From a virus: a stretch of 50,417 nt of DNA. The position numbers and the translations under genes are program-made. The DNA is taken from the UHGV virus genome UHGV-0559702. One strand, written 5' to 3'. The notes under the pieces were generated by a model that worked only from the letters and a program-made list of their open reading frames with translations, searched no databases and was not told the DNA's origin. Positions 17,919 to 26,201 of the stretch are shown piece after piece (the first letter of the stretch is position 1; each line of letters opens with the position of its first letter).

Positions 17919-19179
17919 CATCATGCCCAACGTCTTGGGATATGCAGCGGATACCGTGCAGATCCCTGAGACGACCCCAACAGGTCAAGGTATTCCTTCT
18001 TTCCGGGATCTCTTTCCGTTCATCACGCAGGTCGACCCGGACGCGGGCGGCGTCATGGTTGAAAGAGCGTGGATGAACGCGCTTTTCAACTTGCTTGGTC
18101 AACACGCCTTTTTCCAACAATCCGGATGCGTCTACCCGTGGCAAGCTACGCTGAACTATATCGCGGGCTCTCATGTCAAAGGAAGTGATGATGTCGAGTA
18201 CATCGCGTTGCAACCTTCTGGGCCAGATGTATCGGGAACTGGAGCAAAAGACCCTGCACAGCAAGCAAACCGCGCGTACTGGGTTTCGCTTGCATCTTTT
18301 GTCTCCGGCGATTTTGTTCCAGATTCGCGGCGGGTCATCGCCGGAACGGGGCTCACTGGCGGCGGGCCGCTCTCCGCTGACGTGACTCTCGCGGCGAAGC
18401 TGACCAACAGCGTGAGCTCGACAGATTCGACGACGGCTGCATCGGCAACTGCTGTCAAGACTGCATACGATGCCGCACAGTCCAAATTGCCCCTGTCCGG
18501 CGGGGCAGTGACTGGAAGTCTTTCGATCAAGAATATGCTTGATCTCATTGGGACTGCGCCAGCTACGGAACAAGAGCTTGGGCTGTACAATCTCGATAAA
18601 AATGGCAATGTCATGGGAGGCCATGATTTTGTACATAGTACGGGGAACTTTAAAGTTTCTCAGATGTATGCTCGAAACAGCAGCGGGTTGATCTCTTCGC
18701 TTGGCGTTTACGTCTCAGAAGACGGAACGCGGTATACGTTGTCGTCACACGACTTAGTTTTGACGAGCGATGTCCGGATTAGTCGGTTATTTGCTGATAA
18801 TGTTAGACTGATAGTCTTTTCCGGAAATGTCTCCAATGCGGGCTATGCTATGCGTTACTCTCCGGACACCGGAGAACTCTATCTTGACGGTAAGGCTGTT
18901 CACGGAAAAGCCGATACTGCTGGGAACGCTGATACTGCAAACTATGCAAACAGCGCAGGATCAGCTCAGATAGCCGCTCCAGCCGTGCAATGGGTCGTCA
19001 ATCTCTCAGGTCCGCAAATCACCGTGCCGCCCGGTGGTACATATAATGTCGTGTGTATCTGCTTCAACGACTCTGGCGGCAAAGGCGCTGTCAAGCACTA
19101 TCCGGATACAGCCGGGGGCACAGTAATCCCGAACGCACCCACAGACTACATGGTCGCCGGGCTTTGTGCCCGCGTATAA
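17896..19179 (+). CDS. Tail fibre protein
   Basis: SSTDSTTAASATAVKTAYDAAQSKLPLSGGAVTGSL phage-fibre repeat motif. AT-rich central/C-terminal block from about 18530 to 19000. Confidence 0.8.
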   Translation: MPIPSTPSIMPNVLGYAADTVQIPETTPTGQGIPSFRDLFPFITQVDPDAGGVMVERAWMNALFNLLGQHAFFQQSGCVYPWQATLNYIAGSHVKGSDDVEYIALQPSGPDVSGTGAKDPAQQANRAYWVSLASFVSGDFVPDSRRVIAGTGLTGGGPLSADVTLAAKLTNSVSSTDSTTAASATAVKTAYDAAQSKLPLSGGAVTGSLSIKNMLDLIGTAPATEQELGLYNLDKNGNVMGGHDFVHSTGNFKVSQMYARNSSGLISSLGVYVSEDGTRYTLSSHDLVLTSDVRISRLFADNVRLIVFSGNVSNAGYAMRYSPDTGELYLDGKAVHGKADTAGNADTANYANSAGSAQIAAPAVQWVVNLSGPQITVPPGGTYNVVCICFNDSGGKGAVKHYPDTAGGTVIPNAPTDYMVAGLCARV

Positions 19180-19192
19180 AAAGAGGGGTAAC

Positions 19193-19594
19193 ATGATTGA
19201 TTTTTCGCATATTATCCACCGAACCATTGACGATTCATATGTCATCACGAAAAACGGAAAGCCATACCACGTCTATCCCTATGCCGCCGAGTTCGCGGAG
19301 GAATGGGACGCCGTGTTCGCCTACGCCGAGGCGCATCCCGAATGCGTGACTGAGGAACAGCCGTATACGCCGCCCGTACCGACAACCGAAGAACTCGCGG
19401 TTCGCGTACGCGCCGAGCGTGACAGGCGCATTACCGCAACCGATTACCTTGTCATGCCGGACTATCCGATCTCACAAGAAAAGCTTGAAGAGATCAAGGT
19501 GTACCGCCAAGCGTTGCGTGATCTGCCCGAACAACTGGGCTTTCCGTGGAACGGGCCGGATGATCCGGCCTGCCCGTGGCCTGTGGAACCATAG
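19193..19594 (+). CDS. Tail fibre assembly chaperone (Tfa/gpU-like)
   Basis: AGAGGGG RBS. ...RAERDRRITATDYLVMPDYP...YRQALRDLPEQ matches Caudo_TAP-type chaperones. Confidence 0.75.
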   Translation: MIDFSHIIHRTIDDSYVITKNGKPYHVYPYAAEFAEEWDAVFAYAEAHPECVTEEQPYTPPVPTTEELAVRVRAERDRRITATDYLVMPDYPISQEKLEEIKVYRQALRDLPEQLGFPWNGPDDPACPWPVEP

Positions 19595-19648
19595 CCGTTG
19601 CAAAAATCATAGGCATGGCTAGACTCTTTAGAAAAAAGGAGGAAGGCC

Positions 19649-19879
19649 ATGCCACTACCCATGCCCGAAGAAGAGGAAAACTTGCGTTGCCCACACGGTG
19701 AGCGCGTTCAAGCCCTGATGCTGTGTTCTCTGGATTGTGCCGTGTCGGGGGCACATCCCGACAGAAAGGCAAAAGCCGATGGTCGGTTCATCATCACGCC
19801 GTGGTGGTGCCTGAACAAATGCCGGTGGCTGCCTGAGCACCGGGATGAGATCCGATTCGTGGCGAAAAAGCCGGATTGA
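19649..19879 (+). CDS. Small Cys-rich hypothetical protein (76 aa)
   Basis: Strong AAGGAGG RBS. Followed by a large-loop hairpin. Confidence 0.55.
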   Translation: MPLPMPEEEENLRCPHGERVQALMLCSLDCAVSGAHPDRKAKADGRFIITPWWCLNKCRWLPEHRDEIRFVAKKPD

Positions 19880-19947
19880 AGACACAAAAAATCCCCCTCC
19901 CATGTTCTGCCCCTGATGAGGCATATTATGAGAGGGGGATTTTCTAT

Positions 19948-19966
19948 ACGTGATTCTATGCGTGAT
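19948..19966 (+). promoter_or_regulatory. Pair of direct repeats (ACGTGATT / GCGTGATT, 12-bp spacing); candidate integrase arm-type sites (P arm)
   Basis: The same CGTGAT(T/G) pair at 12-bp spacing recurs at 20180-20198, on the other side of the tRNA-derived core. Confidence 0.4.
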
Positions 19967-20071
19967 TTACTTTGTGTAGATGTTTGGTGTATACCAGTTT
20001 GTACCGTAATATCCTTTGTTTTTAGCTAAATGCGTATGTATAGATACCCATGCACAAGATTGGAAATCGTG

Positions 20072-20116
20072 TGTACTCAAAAGGTACCGGGAGTTCGAAT
20101 CTCCCCCTCTCCGCCA
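20072..20116 (+). other. tRNA 3'-end fragment (variable arm, T-arm, acceptor 3' strand, discriminator and CCA); att core
   Basis: GGGAG-TTCGAAT-CTCCC T-arm and CCTCTCC-G-CCA acceptor end. There is no matching 5' half upstream, so only the 3' part of a type-II (Ser-like) tRNA is present. Confidence 0.65.
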
Positions 20117-20126
20117 TAAATTTCAA

Positions 20127-20157
20127 GGGCTTGTTGAAATCCAACAAGCCCTTTTTT
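20127..20157 (+). terminator. Rho-independent terminator immediately after the tRNA fragment
   Basis: GGGCTTGTTGG-aaat-CCAACAAGCCC stem followed by TTTTTT. Confidence 0.65.
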
Positions 20158-20163
20158 CGTGCC

Positions 20164-21192
20164 TCAATCGCCTTCATGCGTGATTCCATGCGTGATGTCC
20201 TCAAAAATGCCTGCGGCCTCCCTGTCGACGCCAAGGTCATGCAGATAGATTTCTGTGGTGCGGATGTTCATGTGTCCAAGCACCTTTTGCGCCCGGCGCG
20301 GGTCTTTAAGATGGGTAGCCATGAAGTGGCGCAGGCTGTGGGCCGCAAAGAACGGTATGCCCGCCTTCTCGCAAAGGCGTTTCATAAGGTACTTGATGCG
20401 CGGCGTGGTGCGCGGATAGGGAAGACCCGTTCCGGGGGCTTCAAAAACGAACCGCTCATTTTCGCGTAAGGCATAGAGACGGAACAGCACGCTATATAAT
20501 GTAGGGCTCATGGCAATCGTGCGTGATTCCCGGTTCCCGCCCCGGCGTTTGCTTGTCCACAGCCGGACGGTCCTGTTTTCCAGATCGACATCTTCCCACG
20601 CCATTTCGCGGATTTCGGAAATGCGCCCCGCCGTATGGAGAAGGCAGAGCAGGAAATCCCGCTCGAACCCTGTAGCGCAGGACATGAGCTTGGCAACGTC
20701 ACCTTTCGGTGGAATATATTTCACGGCCTGCACTGTGGCGAAAGGCTCAGTCTGGCGCGCAATATTGACCGGAACGTACCCCTCTCGTGCGGCCCATGAG
20801 TAAAGCGCTGATAACTCGATACGGTACTTGTTCGCGGATTTTGCGCTCACGGCTTCCTTGGCTGCTTCAAGAAAGGCTTCCAGATCGTTTTTTGTGATAG
20901 TTGAGAATTCGGTTTTAGGTCCGATGAACTTATTTAGCTTTCGAAGAACGCTTTTCTTATAGATGAGTGTGTTCTTCTTGCATCTTCCTTCGCGTTTTTG
21001 AAGATAGAGAGCCGAAACCTCATACAAGGCCAAGCGTTTGGGCATAGTTGCGGATTTCTTGACGATTGATTCCCATTCGAGCGCCTTCATCTTGCTCAAG
21101 AATCCGCCCCGGTACGCGATTCTTTGCCCTCCTTCGAACACTTCCGCCGCGTATCGCATACCATTCTTCGTCTTGTATTTCCTGATGGACAT
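20164..21192 (-). CDS. int: Tyrosine-type phage integrase
   Basis: 342 aa. C-terminal catalytic motifs (...HSLRHFMATHL...GHMNIRTTEIYLH). AAAGAGG RBS. Adjacent to the tRNA-derived att core. Confidence 0.9.
   Translation of the reverse strand: MSIRKYKTKNGMRYAAEVFEGGQRIAYRGGFLSKMKALEWESIVKKSATMPKRLALYEVSALYLQKREGRCKKNTLIYKKSVLRKLNKFIGPKTEFSTITKNDLEAFLEAAKEAVSAKSANKYRIELSALYSWAAREGYVPVNIARQTEPFATVQAVKYIPPKGDVAKLMSCATGFERDFLLCLLHTAGRISEIREMAWEDVDLENRTVRLWTSKRRGGNRESRTIAMSPTLYSVLFRLYALRENERFVFEAPGTGLPYPRTTPRIKYLMKRLCEKAGIPFFAAHSLRHFMATHLKDPRRAQKVLGHMNIRTTEIYLHDLGVDREAAGIFEDITHGITHEGD
20180..20198 (+). promoter_or_regulatory. Second pair of CGTGAT(T/G) direct repeats (P' arm-type site candidates), inside the int 3' end
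   Basis: Same repeat, spacing and orientation as 19948-19966. Confidence 0.4.
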
Positions 21193-21355
21193 GAGAAACC
21201 TCTTTGAGTGTATCGCTATCCCAAAGGAAGCGGACGGAGCGGAGCGTTTTTCCGCGTCCTACAGGGATATGGGGGTATATTTTCCAAATTCTACGGAATG
21301 TTTCCCGACTGATGCCGAGCCGTTCGCTCATCTCGTCGGCGGTGAGTGTTTCCAT
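21020..21355 (-). CDS. Xis/AlpA-like HTH DNA-binding protein; the 3' extent is uncertain (overlaps int by 172 nt)
   Basis: GGGAGG RBS. LTADEMSERLGISRETFRRIW HTH typical of AlpA/excisionase-family proteins. The reading frame has no stop until well inside int. Confidence 0.5.
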   Translation of the reverse strand: METLTADEMSERLGISRETFRRIWKIYPHIPVGRGKTLRSVRFLWDSDTLKEVSHVHQEIQDEEWYAIRGGSVRRRAKNRVPGRILEQDEGARMGINRQEIRNYAQTLGLV

Positions 21356-21365
21356 CTTGTCCTCC

Positions 21366-21860
21366 CTACGCAGCCCGCTCGTACACCCGCGTCCCAATCT
21401 CAGCTATCTGCGGGTCGACCTTTTCGAGCGCATTACACAGCGTGGTCAGCGTCTTGAGCAGGTTGTGCCAGTGAAGGCCTCGGAAGTAGACAGGGCAGGT
21501 GTTCCGGCAGTCCTCAAGGAAGGTCAGCCCGGCCCACATCCCGGCGCCCCATTGCGTCCAGCGGGAAGCGTCGGAGGAAGCGGCCTGAACATCCCCGACG
21601 TGCCCGGCAAGGATATGGAACCGGGCATCCAGATCTCGCTTCGCGCCTGCGGAGAGCTTGCGCTTCTGCGTGTCGTCCGCACATCGGTCGATCCAGCGGT
21701 TGACCTTCTCGACTTGTCTGCCAAGGTCGCCAAGCAGGGCCAGCATTTCCGGCTTGAGGAAAGAAATCGCCACGGTGATCATGGACAGGGCCAGAACACA
21801 GCGGGTGTGCTGGATGGCCTCGTGCGGGTACGGGATTATGGGAGTGGTGGGTCTTCGCAT
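21366..21860 (-). CDS. Hypothetical protein
   Basis: 164-aa ORF with a GGAGAA RBS, in the early leftward operon. Confidence 0.5.
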   Translation of the reverse strand: MRRPTTPIIPYPHEAIQHTRCVLALSMITVAISFLKPEMLALLGDLGRQVEKVNRWIDRCADDTQKRKLSAGAKRDLDARFHILAGHVGDVQAASSDASRWTQWGAGMWAGLTFLEDCRNTCPVYFRGLHWHNLLKTLTTLCNALEKVDPQIAEIGTRVYERAA

Positions 21861-21871
21861 GATTGGTTCTC

Positions 21872-22051
21872 CTACAACAAGGTTCCTTGCGTCCGGACAC
21901 CGCCAAAGATGACGGCGAGTTCGTCGTCGACCTTCTTTTCAAGTCCCTTGGCGCGGGACAGGTCGGCCTTGTCCCGCGTGTCGAAGTAGCGTTTCTGGGC
22001 AGCCCGCATGTCGCGGACGAGGATAGCGAAACGGGAAATCTTCTCAGGCAT
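21872..22051 (-). CDS. Small hypothetical protein (59 aa; below the ORF-track length cutoff)
   Basis: GGAGGACTCC-ATG start. Product MPEKISRFAILVRDMRAAQKRYFDTRDKADLSRAKGLEKKV... Confidence 0.45.
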   Translation of the reverse strand: MPEKISRFAILVRDMRAAQKRYFDTRDKADLSRAKGLEKKVDDELAVIFGGVRTQGTLL

Positions 22052-22089
22052 GGAGTCCTCCAGAAAAAGGAAAAGCCCCTGTTCGGGGC

Positions 22090-22290
22090 TTAGCTATTCG
22101 GTTCGTGCTTGGCTTTGGCGTTCCAAGCGTCTATGGCTTCCTTGAGTGTATCGAAAAGCAGAGTTTTTGCAGGACATCCAACTCTATTACAAGAGACGCG
22201 CCACACTTCGGCCATGCCGACAAACGTTTCTATCAATACGCACTCTGTGTATGCGGAATGCCCGCAGAGAGGGCACGGTTTCAAGGCCAT
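22090..22290 (-). CDS. lar: Lar-family restriction alleviation protein
   Basis: N-terminal MALKPCPLCGH zinc-ribbon typical of the Lar family. GAAGGAA RBS. Confidence 0.7.
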   Translation of the reverse strand: MALKPCPLCGHSAYTECVLIETFVGMAEVWRVSCNRVGCPAKTLLFDTLKEAIDAWNAKAKHEPNS

Positions 22291-22292
22291 GG

Positions 22293-22679
22293 CTATTCCT
22301 TCGGTTCGACAGGTTCGGGGATGGGGCCTGCCCATTGTCCATGCAAGATGGACATCCAGTTACCAACACCTCCAATCACGGCATATAATTCGTTCATTTT
22401 ACGAGAGTCATGCTTGATCCATGCGATGCGTATGCCATATTCATCCTTGAACCAGTACCATCCCGGCACCTTCGGCGGCTCGTCCGTCCACTCCAGTGTT
22501 CGGGGGAAGGCGTTCCACCAGTCATAGCACTCATCGGGAAAAACAAACCACTTTCCGCCCATTCTGAATGGACATCCTGATTCGCCTTTACATATCACAC
22601 GGAACTTTCCATTGTGGCATTCAACGTGTGCTCTTGCTTGACACAGTGGGCACGGTAGCAACGTCAGTTCTTCGGGCAT
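22293..22679 (-). CDS. Lar-like zinc-ribbon N-terminus fused to a Trp-rich C-terminal domain
   Basis: LLPCPLCQARAH...C..C at the N-terminus, and WYWFKDEYGIRIAWIKHD at the C-terminus. GGAGGAA RBS. Confidence 0.6.
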   Translation of the reverse strand: MPEELTLLPCPLCQARAHVECHNGKFRVICKGESGCPFRMGGKWFVFPDECYDWWNAFPRTLEWTDEPPKVPGWYWFKDEYGIRIAWIKHDSRKMNELYAVIGGVGNWMSILHGQWAGPIPEPVEPKE

Positions 22680-22900
22680 GGTTCCTCCAACTTTACACGT
22701 GGAATTAAAATATCTGCGCTGATTCCCAGAAGTTCACGGAGTATTGCGATTTCTCTCTTGGACGGGCATCTCTTGCCTGTTAGCAGATCAGAAGCGGTTC
22801 CCCGACTTTTCAGATACTTTGCCAGTTCAGACTGAGAAACGCCGAGATGTACCATCGCAGTTCTGATGAGTCTTGCTGTGAACAAGGCGTCCTCGTTCAT
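22664..22900 (-). CDS. XRE-family HTH regulator (78 aa)
   Basis: GGAGGAAGG RBS. LGVSQSELAKYLKSRGTASDLLTGKR...LLGISADIL HTH. Coupled immediately downstream of the methyltransferase. Confidence 0.6.
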   Translation of the reverse strand: MNEDALFTARLIRTAMVHLGVSQSELAKYLKSRGTASDLLTGKRCPSKREIAILRELLGISADILIPRVKLEEPCPKN

Positions 22901-23403
22901 TTTCCTTCCTCCACGGCCTTGAGCGCTGCGTCCTTGTAAAAAGTCATCCAGTGTGTGTCTCGGCGTTTCGTTGTCGTATGTCCAAAAACTGGGCGTCTTG
23001 AAAAGCAGGAAAGCACCTCGCGCAAGCTGATTTGTGTTTCGTTCCATTTGAAAATCAAAGTTCCGCCCGGTTTCAAAACTCTCCAGCACTCGTCAAATCC
23101 CTTCGATAAGTCTTCGCTCCACGTTAGCCTATTAAGGCTTCCATATTTTTTCTTTATCCAAGACGTTTCTCCCGCTTGCAAGAGGTGTGGAGGATCGAAG
23201 CAAATAAGAAAAAAGGATTCGTCAGGAAAGGGTAACTTGCGAAAATCGCATACCGTATCTGGATTCACTTCAAAAAACCTTCCGTCACAAAGTATATGCT
23301 TTTCTCGTCTGCGGTCACAAAATGCAGCACGACGATCATTTTTATTGAACCAAAGCATTTTTCCACCGCAACAGGGATCAAGAATTTGTGGCGTTGAGTT
23401 CAT
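22897..23403 (-). CDS. Small orphan DNA methyltransferase (168 aa)
   Basis: DPCCGG AdoMet-binding motif followed by an FDPPH (D/N/S-PP-aromatic-like) catalytic motif. GGAGGG RBS. Confidence 0.6.
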   Translation of the reverse strand: MNSTPQILDPCCGGKMLWFNKNDRRAAFCDRRREKHILCDGRFFEVNPDTVCDFRKLPFPDESFFLICFDPPHLLQAGETSWIKKKYGSLNRLTWSEDLSKGFDECWRVLKPGGTLIFKWNETQISLREVLSCFSRRPVFGHTTTKRRDTHWMTFYKDAALKAVEEGK

Positions 23404-23694
23404 TTAGCCCTCCACGGCCTTGCGGGCAGATTCGCGCATACACTCCATGCACGAACTATCTTGGCATTTAGACATATCTACATTGCGGGGGCACATTCCA
23501 AGCAAATCAACAGCGTTAGTGTATCCGTGTGCCAGCCAATCAGCTTCTCGCTCCAGCCTTTCTTTCTCCGCCTCGACTTCTTCCAGTGCATCAAGTAGCC
23601 GGATGGTGAAGTCCGCATGGGCCGCATCAAAGCATGTGTATGGTGATGCCAATCTTTCGCGCCATTGGTCGCGCTCCGTTTTTGTTGGGTTCAT
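23404..23694 (-). CDS. Hypothetical protein (96 aa), coiled-coil with a Cys-rich C-terminus
   Basis: GGAGAAAG RBS before the internal ATG. Confidence 0.5.
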   Translation of the reverse strand: MNPTKTERDQWRERLASPYTCFDAAHADFTIRLLDALEEVEAEKERLEREADWLAHGYTNAVDLLGMCPRNVDMSKCQDSSCMECMRESARKAVEG

Positions 23695-23716
23695 TTTCTT
23701 TCTCCGATGATTTTTT

Positions 23717-24265
23717 CTATTTCCCCAAGGGCACGGTAAGCACACTTATCTCTTTTGGTTCCACAAACTCAGGCTTTCCACCTTTATCATCGGCCCACTT
23801 TGCCCCGCAGAAATCGCATATCTCCCAGAGAAGTCCTCCTCGATGCGTTTCCTCATGTCTGCAAATTTGATTGTCCGCGAAAGAAACAAGACGATTCAGT
23901 ACAGAATAGAGTTGAACTATTTGACCTCTCGCCTCATCACGCTCTCGCAGGAGTTTGATCTGTATCTCGTCGCAGTCGTCAACGTGACCAGACCCTCCGC
24001 AGAAAGGGCAATTCAGGCGGTCAAACATTTCCTCCATTTGTTCTTCACTGGAAACATGACCGGGCAACGGTGACGGGATTTCCCCGCCCCACGCTGCTTT
24101 AGCCACCTCTGACATGATGACGGAGTGTTTACGTGCTAGTTCCAGTTCTTGGCACAGCCTGAAAATGGTGGTCGCTGACCCCATTCCGTCGAGTTCCTTG
24201 GAGTCTCCGAGCATGTCGCCAATGGCGGCGGCCCGGATGCGGGCGAGTTCTTCGGTGGTGATCAT
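23717..24265 (-). CDS. Hypothetical zinc-ribbon protein
   Basis: CPFCGGSGH motif; GGAG RBS. Confidence 0.5.
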   Translation of the reverse strand: MITTEELARIRAAAIGDMLGDSKELDGMGSATTIFRLCQELELARKHSVIMSEVAKAAWGGEIPSPLPGHVSSEEQMEEMFDRLNCPFCGGSGHVDDCDEIQIKLLRERDEARGQIVQLYSVLNRLVSFADNQICRHEETHRGGLLWEICDFCGAKWADDKGGKPEFVEPKEISVLTVPLGK

Positions 24266-24585
24266 TCTTTTGGCTCCGTCAGGGTAAAAATCAACTGCAT
24301 CACGTCGCCCTCAGGCATTTTCTCTCCTTTGCGTGCTCTCTGTGCATTCTGAGCTTCAATAAGACTCACGGCAATCCTGAGCATCTCCACCAGCCTCGGC
24401 ACGGCGTTGCACGCGGCGACGATGTAGGCAAGATTGTTCTGTGAGTTGTGGGTTTGCTGCGTATCGCAAACAGAATCACCGTAATTGTCATATACCGTTG
24501 AGTTCTTTTGACTTACATCCCACGGCCCCGGCGTCGCCGCCTTCCTAAGCCGCTCCAGTTCGTCAAGCCACTCCTGCGCTGTCAT
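24262..24585 (-). CDS. Ead/Ea22-like protein
   Basis: MTAQEWLDELERLRKAATPGPWDV matches the N-terminal signature of Ead/Ea22-like phage proteins. GGGGGAA RBS. Confidence 0.55.
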   Translation of the reverse strand: MTAQEWLDELERLRKAATPGPWDVSQKNSTVYDNYGDSVCDTQQTHNSQNNLAYIVAACNAVPRLVEMLRIAVSLIEAQNAQRARKGEKMPEGDVMQLIFTLTEPKE

Positions 24586-24844
24586 TGGTTCGTTCCCCCG
24601 GTATATTTGTTTCAAAGTCGTTGCATATCCCGCGTGCAGCCACACAGAAATTGTGCAGGTTGCAAAAGTAGGTTGTTTGGTATGTGTAGCTGGAGTAGCG
24701 CCCCACGTGCTTGCAAAACCTGCACTCATCCTTTTGACGCGGCCTGTAGCCACATGCATTCTGTCTATCCCGCACAAGTTCCCGTTCGAGCTTGTGGGCT
24801 TCTGTGAGGGAGTTGACCACGATTACGATCTGGGGCTCAGGCAT
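24563..24844 (-). CDS. Small Cys-rich hypothetical protein
   Basis: AGGAGGAGAGAGG RBS before the ATG at 24844. Confidence 0.45.
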   Translation of the reverse strand: MPEPQIVIVVNSLTEAHKLERELVRDRQNACGYRPRQKDECRFCKHVGRYSSYTYQTTYFCNLHNFCVAARGICNDFETNIPGERTNDSAGVA

Positions 24845-25053
24845 CCTCTCTCCTCCTGCGCGTTGTTCAACACTTCTTCCCAAGCTTGAGGCGTAACGCC
24901 TGAGCACCACACCTCTTTCATAGGGCAATTTTCTGTTTCTTCGCCATGTAGCGGGCATCGAGTATAAACCGATGCACTGATTTTGCACATATACGCCCGT
25001 GCAATGGCCTCTTTCGAGCACTTCATGATTTCATCAAGAGTGATTTCGTTCAT
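24823..25053 (-). CDS. Small Cys-rich hypothetical protein
   Basis: GAGGAG RBS before the ATG at 25053. Confidence 0.45.
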   Translation of the reverse strand: MNEITLDEIMKCSKEAIARAYMCKISASVYTRCPLHGEETENCPMKEVWCSGVTPQAWEEVLNNAQEERGCLSPRS

Positions 25054-25417
25054 TGTCCATCTCCTCTTCAACGTACAAGCGGGCGTGCTTCAACCCGCAG
25101 CGGGTAGCCTGAGTGCCAAATCGGTTATAGTTACCATCACAATTGTCAGGGCAGTCACCAGCATAACCGTAAGGGCAATTATAGTCGTATTGGAGACAGG
25201 GTTGCGCTCCGTTTGCAGCGACCACCGCCACCCTCGCCTCGAACTCGGCGGCGTCGCGGTAGTCTGGCGGGATCACCATCGCCAAATCACGAATGGGGTA
25301 TCCAGCCTTCCGGCAATCATCACGAAGTTGAAGGCTACATGTCTGCCTGCGCTTCTTGCACCGGAAGCACACGTCTTTCCGAAATTCCAGCCACTTCCTT
25401 TCCTTATCCGTCAGCAT
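25034..25417 (-). CDS. Cys-rich hypothetical protein (127 aa)
   Basis: Multiple C..C pairs; in the early operon. Confidence 0.5.
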   Translation of the reverse strand: MLTDKERKWLEFRKDVCFRCKKRRQTCSLQLRDDCRKAGYPIRDLAMVIPPDYRDAAEFEARVAVVAANGAQPCLQYDYNCPYGYAGDCPDNCDGNYNRFGTQATRCGLKHARLYVEEEMDNERNHS

Positions 25418-25577
25418 ATTTCACCCCGCGCGTTGTTCAGGCAGTCGCGCCCCTGCCTTAAATCATGTGGTCCGACGCCTTAACGGGCTTCATTGGCATC
25501 ACCCCCTTCCGGGGCCAATTGCCCATATCATCCACACGAAAAAGGCGCCCCACACCCACGTGAGCCGCCTTTCCCAT

Positions 25578-25901
25578 TTATTCCTCGTACAGGATTTCAA
25601 GCCCATACGCTTTTGCAGCCGCGTGCTCGATCGTGCATCCACGGGCCCGTTCCCAACCTTTGCAGAAGAATGCGGCATGGCACAGACTCATGTTTTCGAG
25701 AGACTTCGCCAAAAAACACAGAGGAATTTGGACGACGCCTCGTTCTTTCATGGATTCTTGCGAATACCATTCATCCGTGAACAGGGTATTCACGATTTCA
25801 TAGCCTTTGGCTTCAAGCACAGAGATAGCTCGTTCGCGTGCTTCCCTGATTTCCTCTTCCGTTTTTCCAGCCATAGGCTGAGACAACATTGCTTTTTCCA
25901 T
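25578..25901 (-). CDS. DUF4406-like (nucleoside 2-deoxyribosyltransferase-like) protein
   Basis: The N-terminus (...LSQPMAGKTEEE) aligns with the GPMTG motif. C-terminal C..AFFCKGWERARGCTIEHAAAKAYGLEI aligns with the DUF4406 signature ...LPGWENSRGARIEHELA. Confidence 0.55.
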   Translation of the reverse strand: MEKAMLSQPMAGKTEEEIREARERAISVLEAKGYEIVNTLFTDEWYSQESMKERGVVQIPLCFLAKSLENMSLCHAAFFCKGWERARGCTIEHAAAKAYGLEILYEE

Positions 25902-26201
25902 GAAGTTTCCTTTCCGCGTGATTCGTATGCGCGGCCCACGGTTTGGGGTATGAAAAGCCCCGCCGGGGGAGGGCGGGGCGTGGGGTGCTATGCTTTCTCA
26001 GCAATCCTCAGCTTGCTTGCCGGGGCCGTCCATTTCCCTTCGTAGCCGTACACGGTGACGTACATAGCCTTGCGGCCTTTCCCGAAATCACGGAGATACG
26101 GGGCGCAGGATGCCGTAACGGTGACGGTTTGGCGTTCGCCGCCTACCTTGCTCGGTAGAGAAAACGGCGTCCCGGAATTATCGATGCCAAATCAGGACAT
26201 T

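Noticed and set aside
20041-20116. Full tRNA gene
   Set aside because: Only the 3' variable arm, T-arm, acceptor strand and CCA are present. The upstream sequence cannot form the D- or anticodon arms or pair with the acceptor 3' strand.
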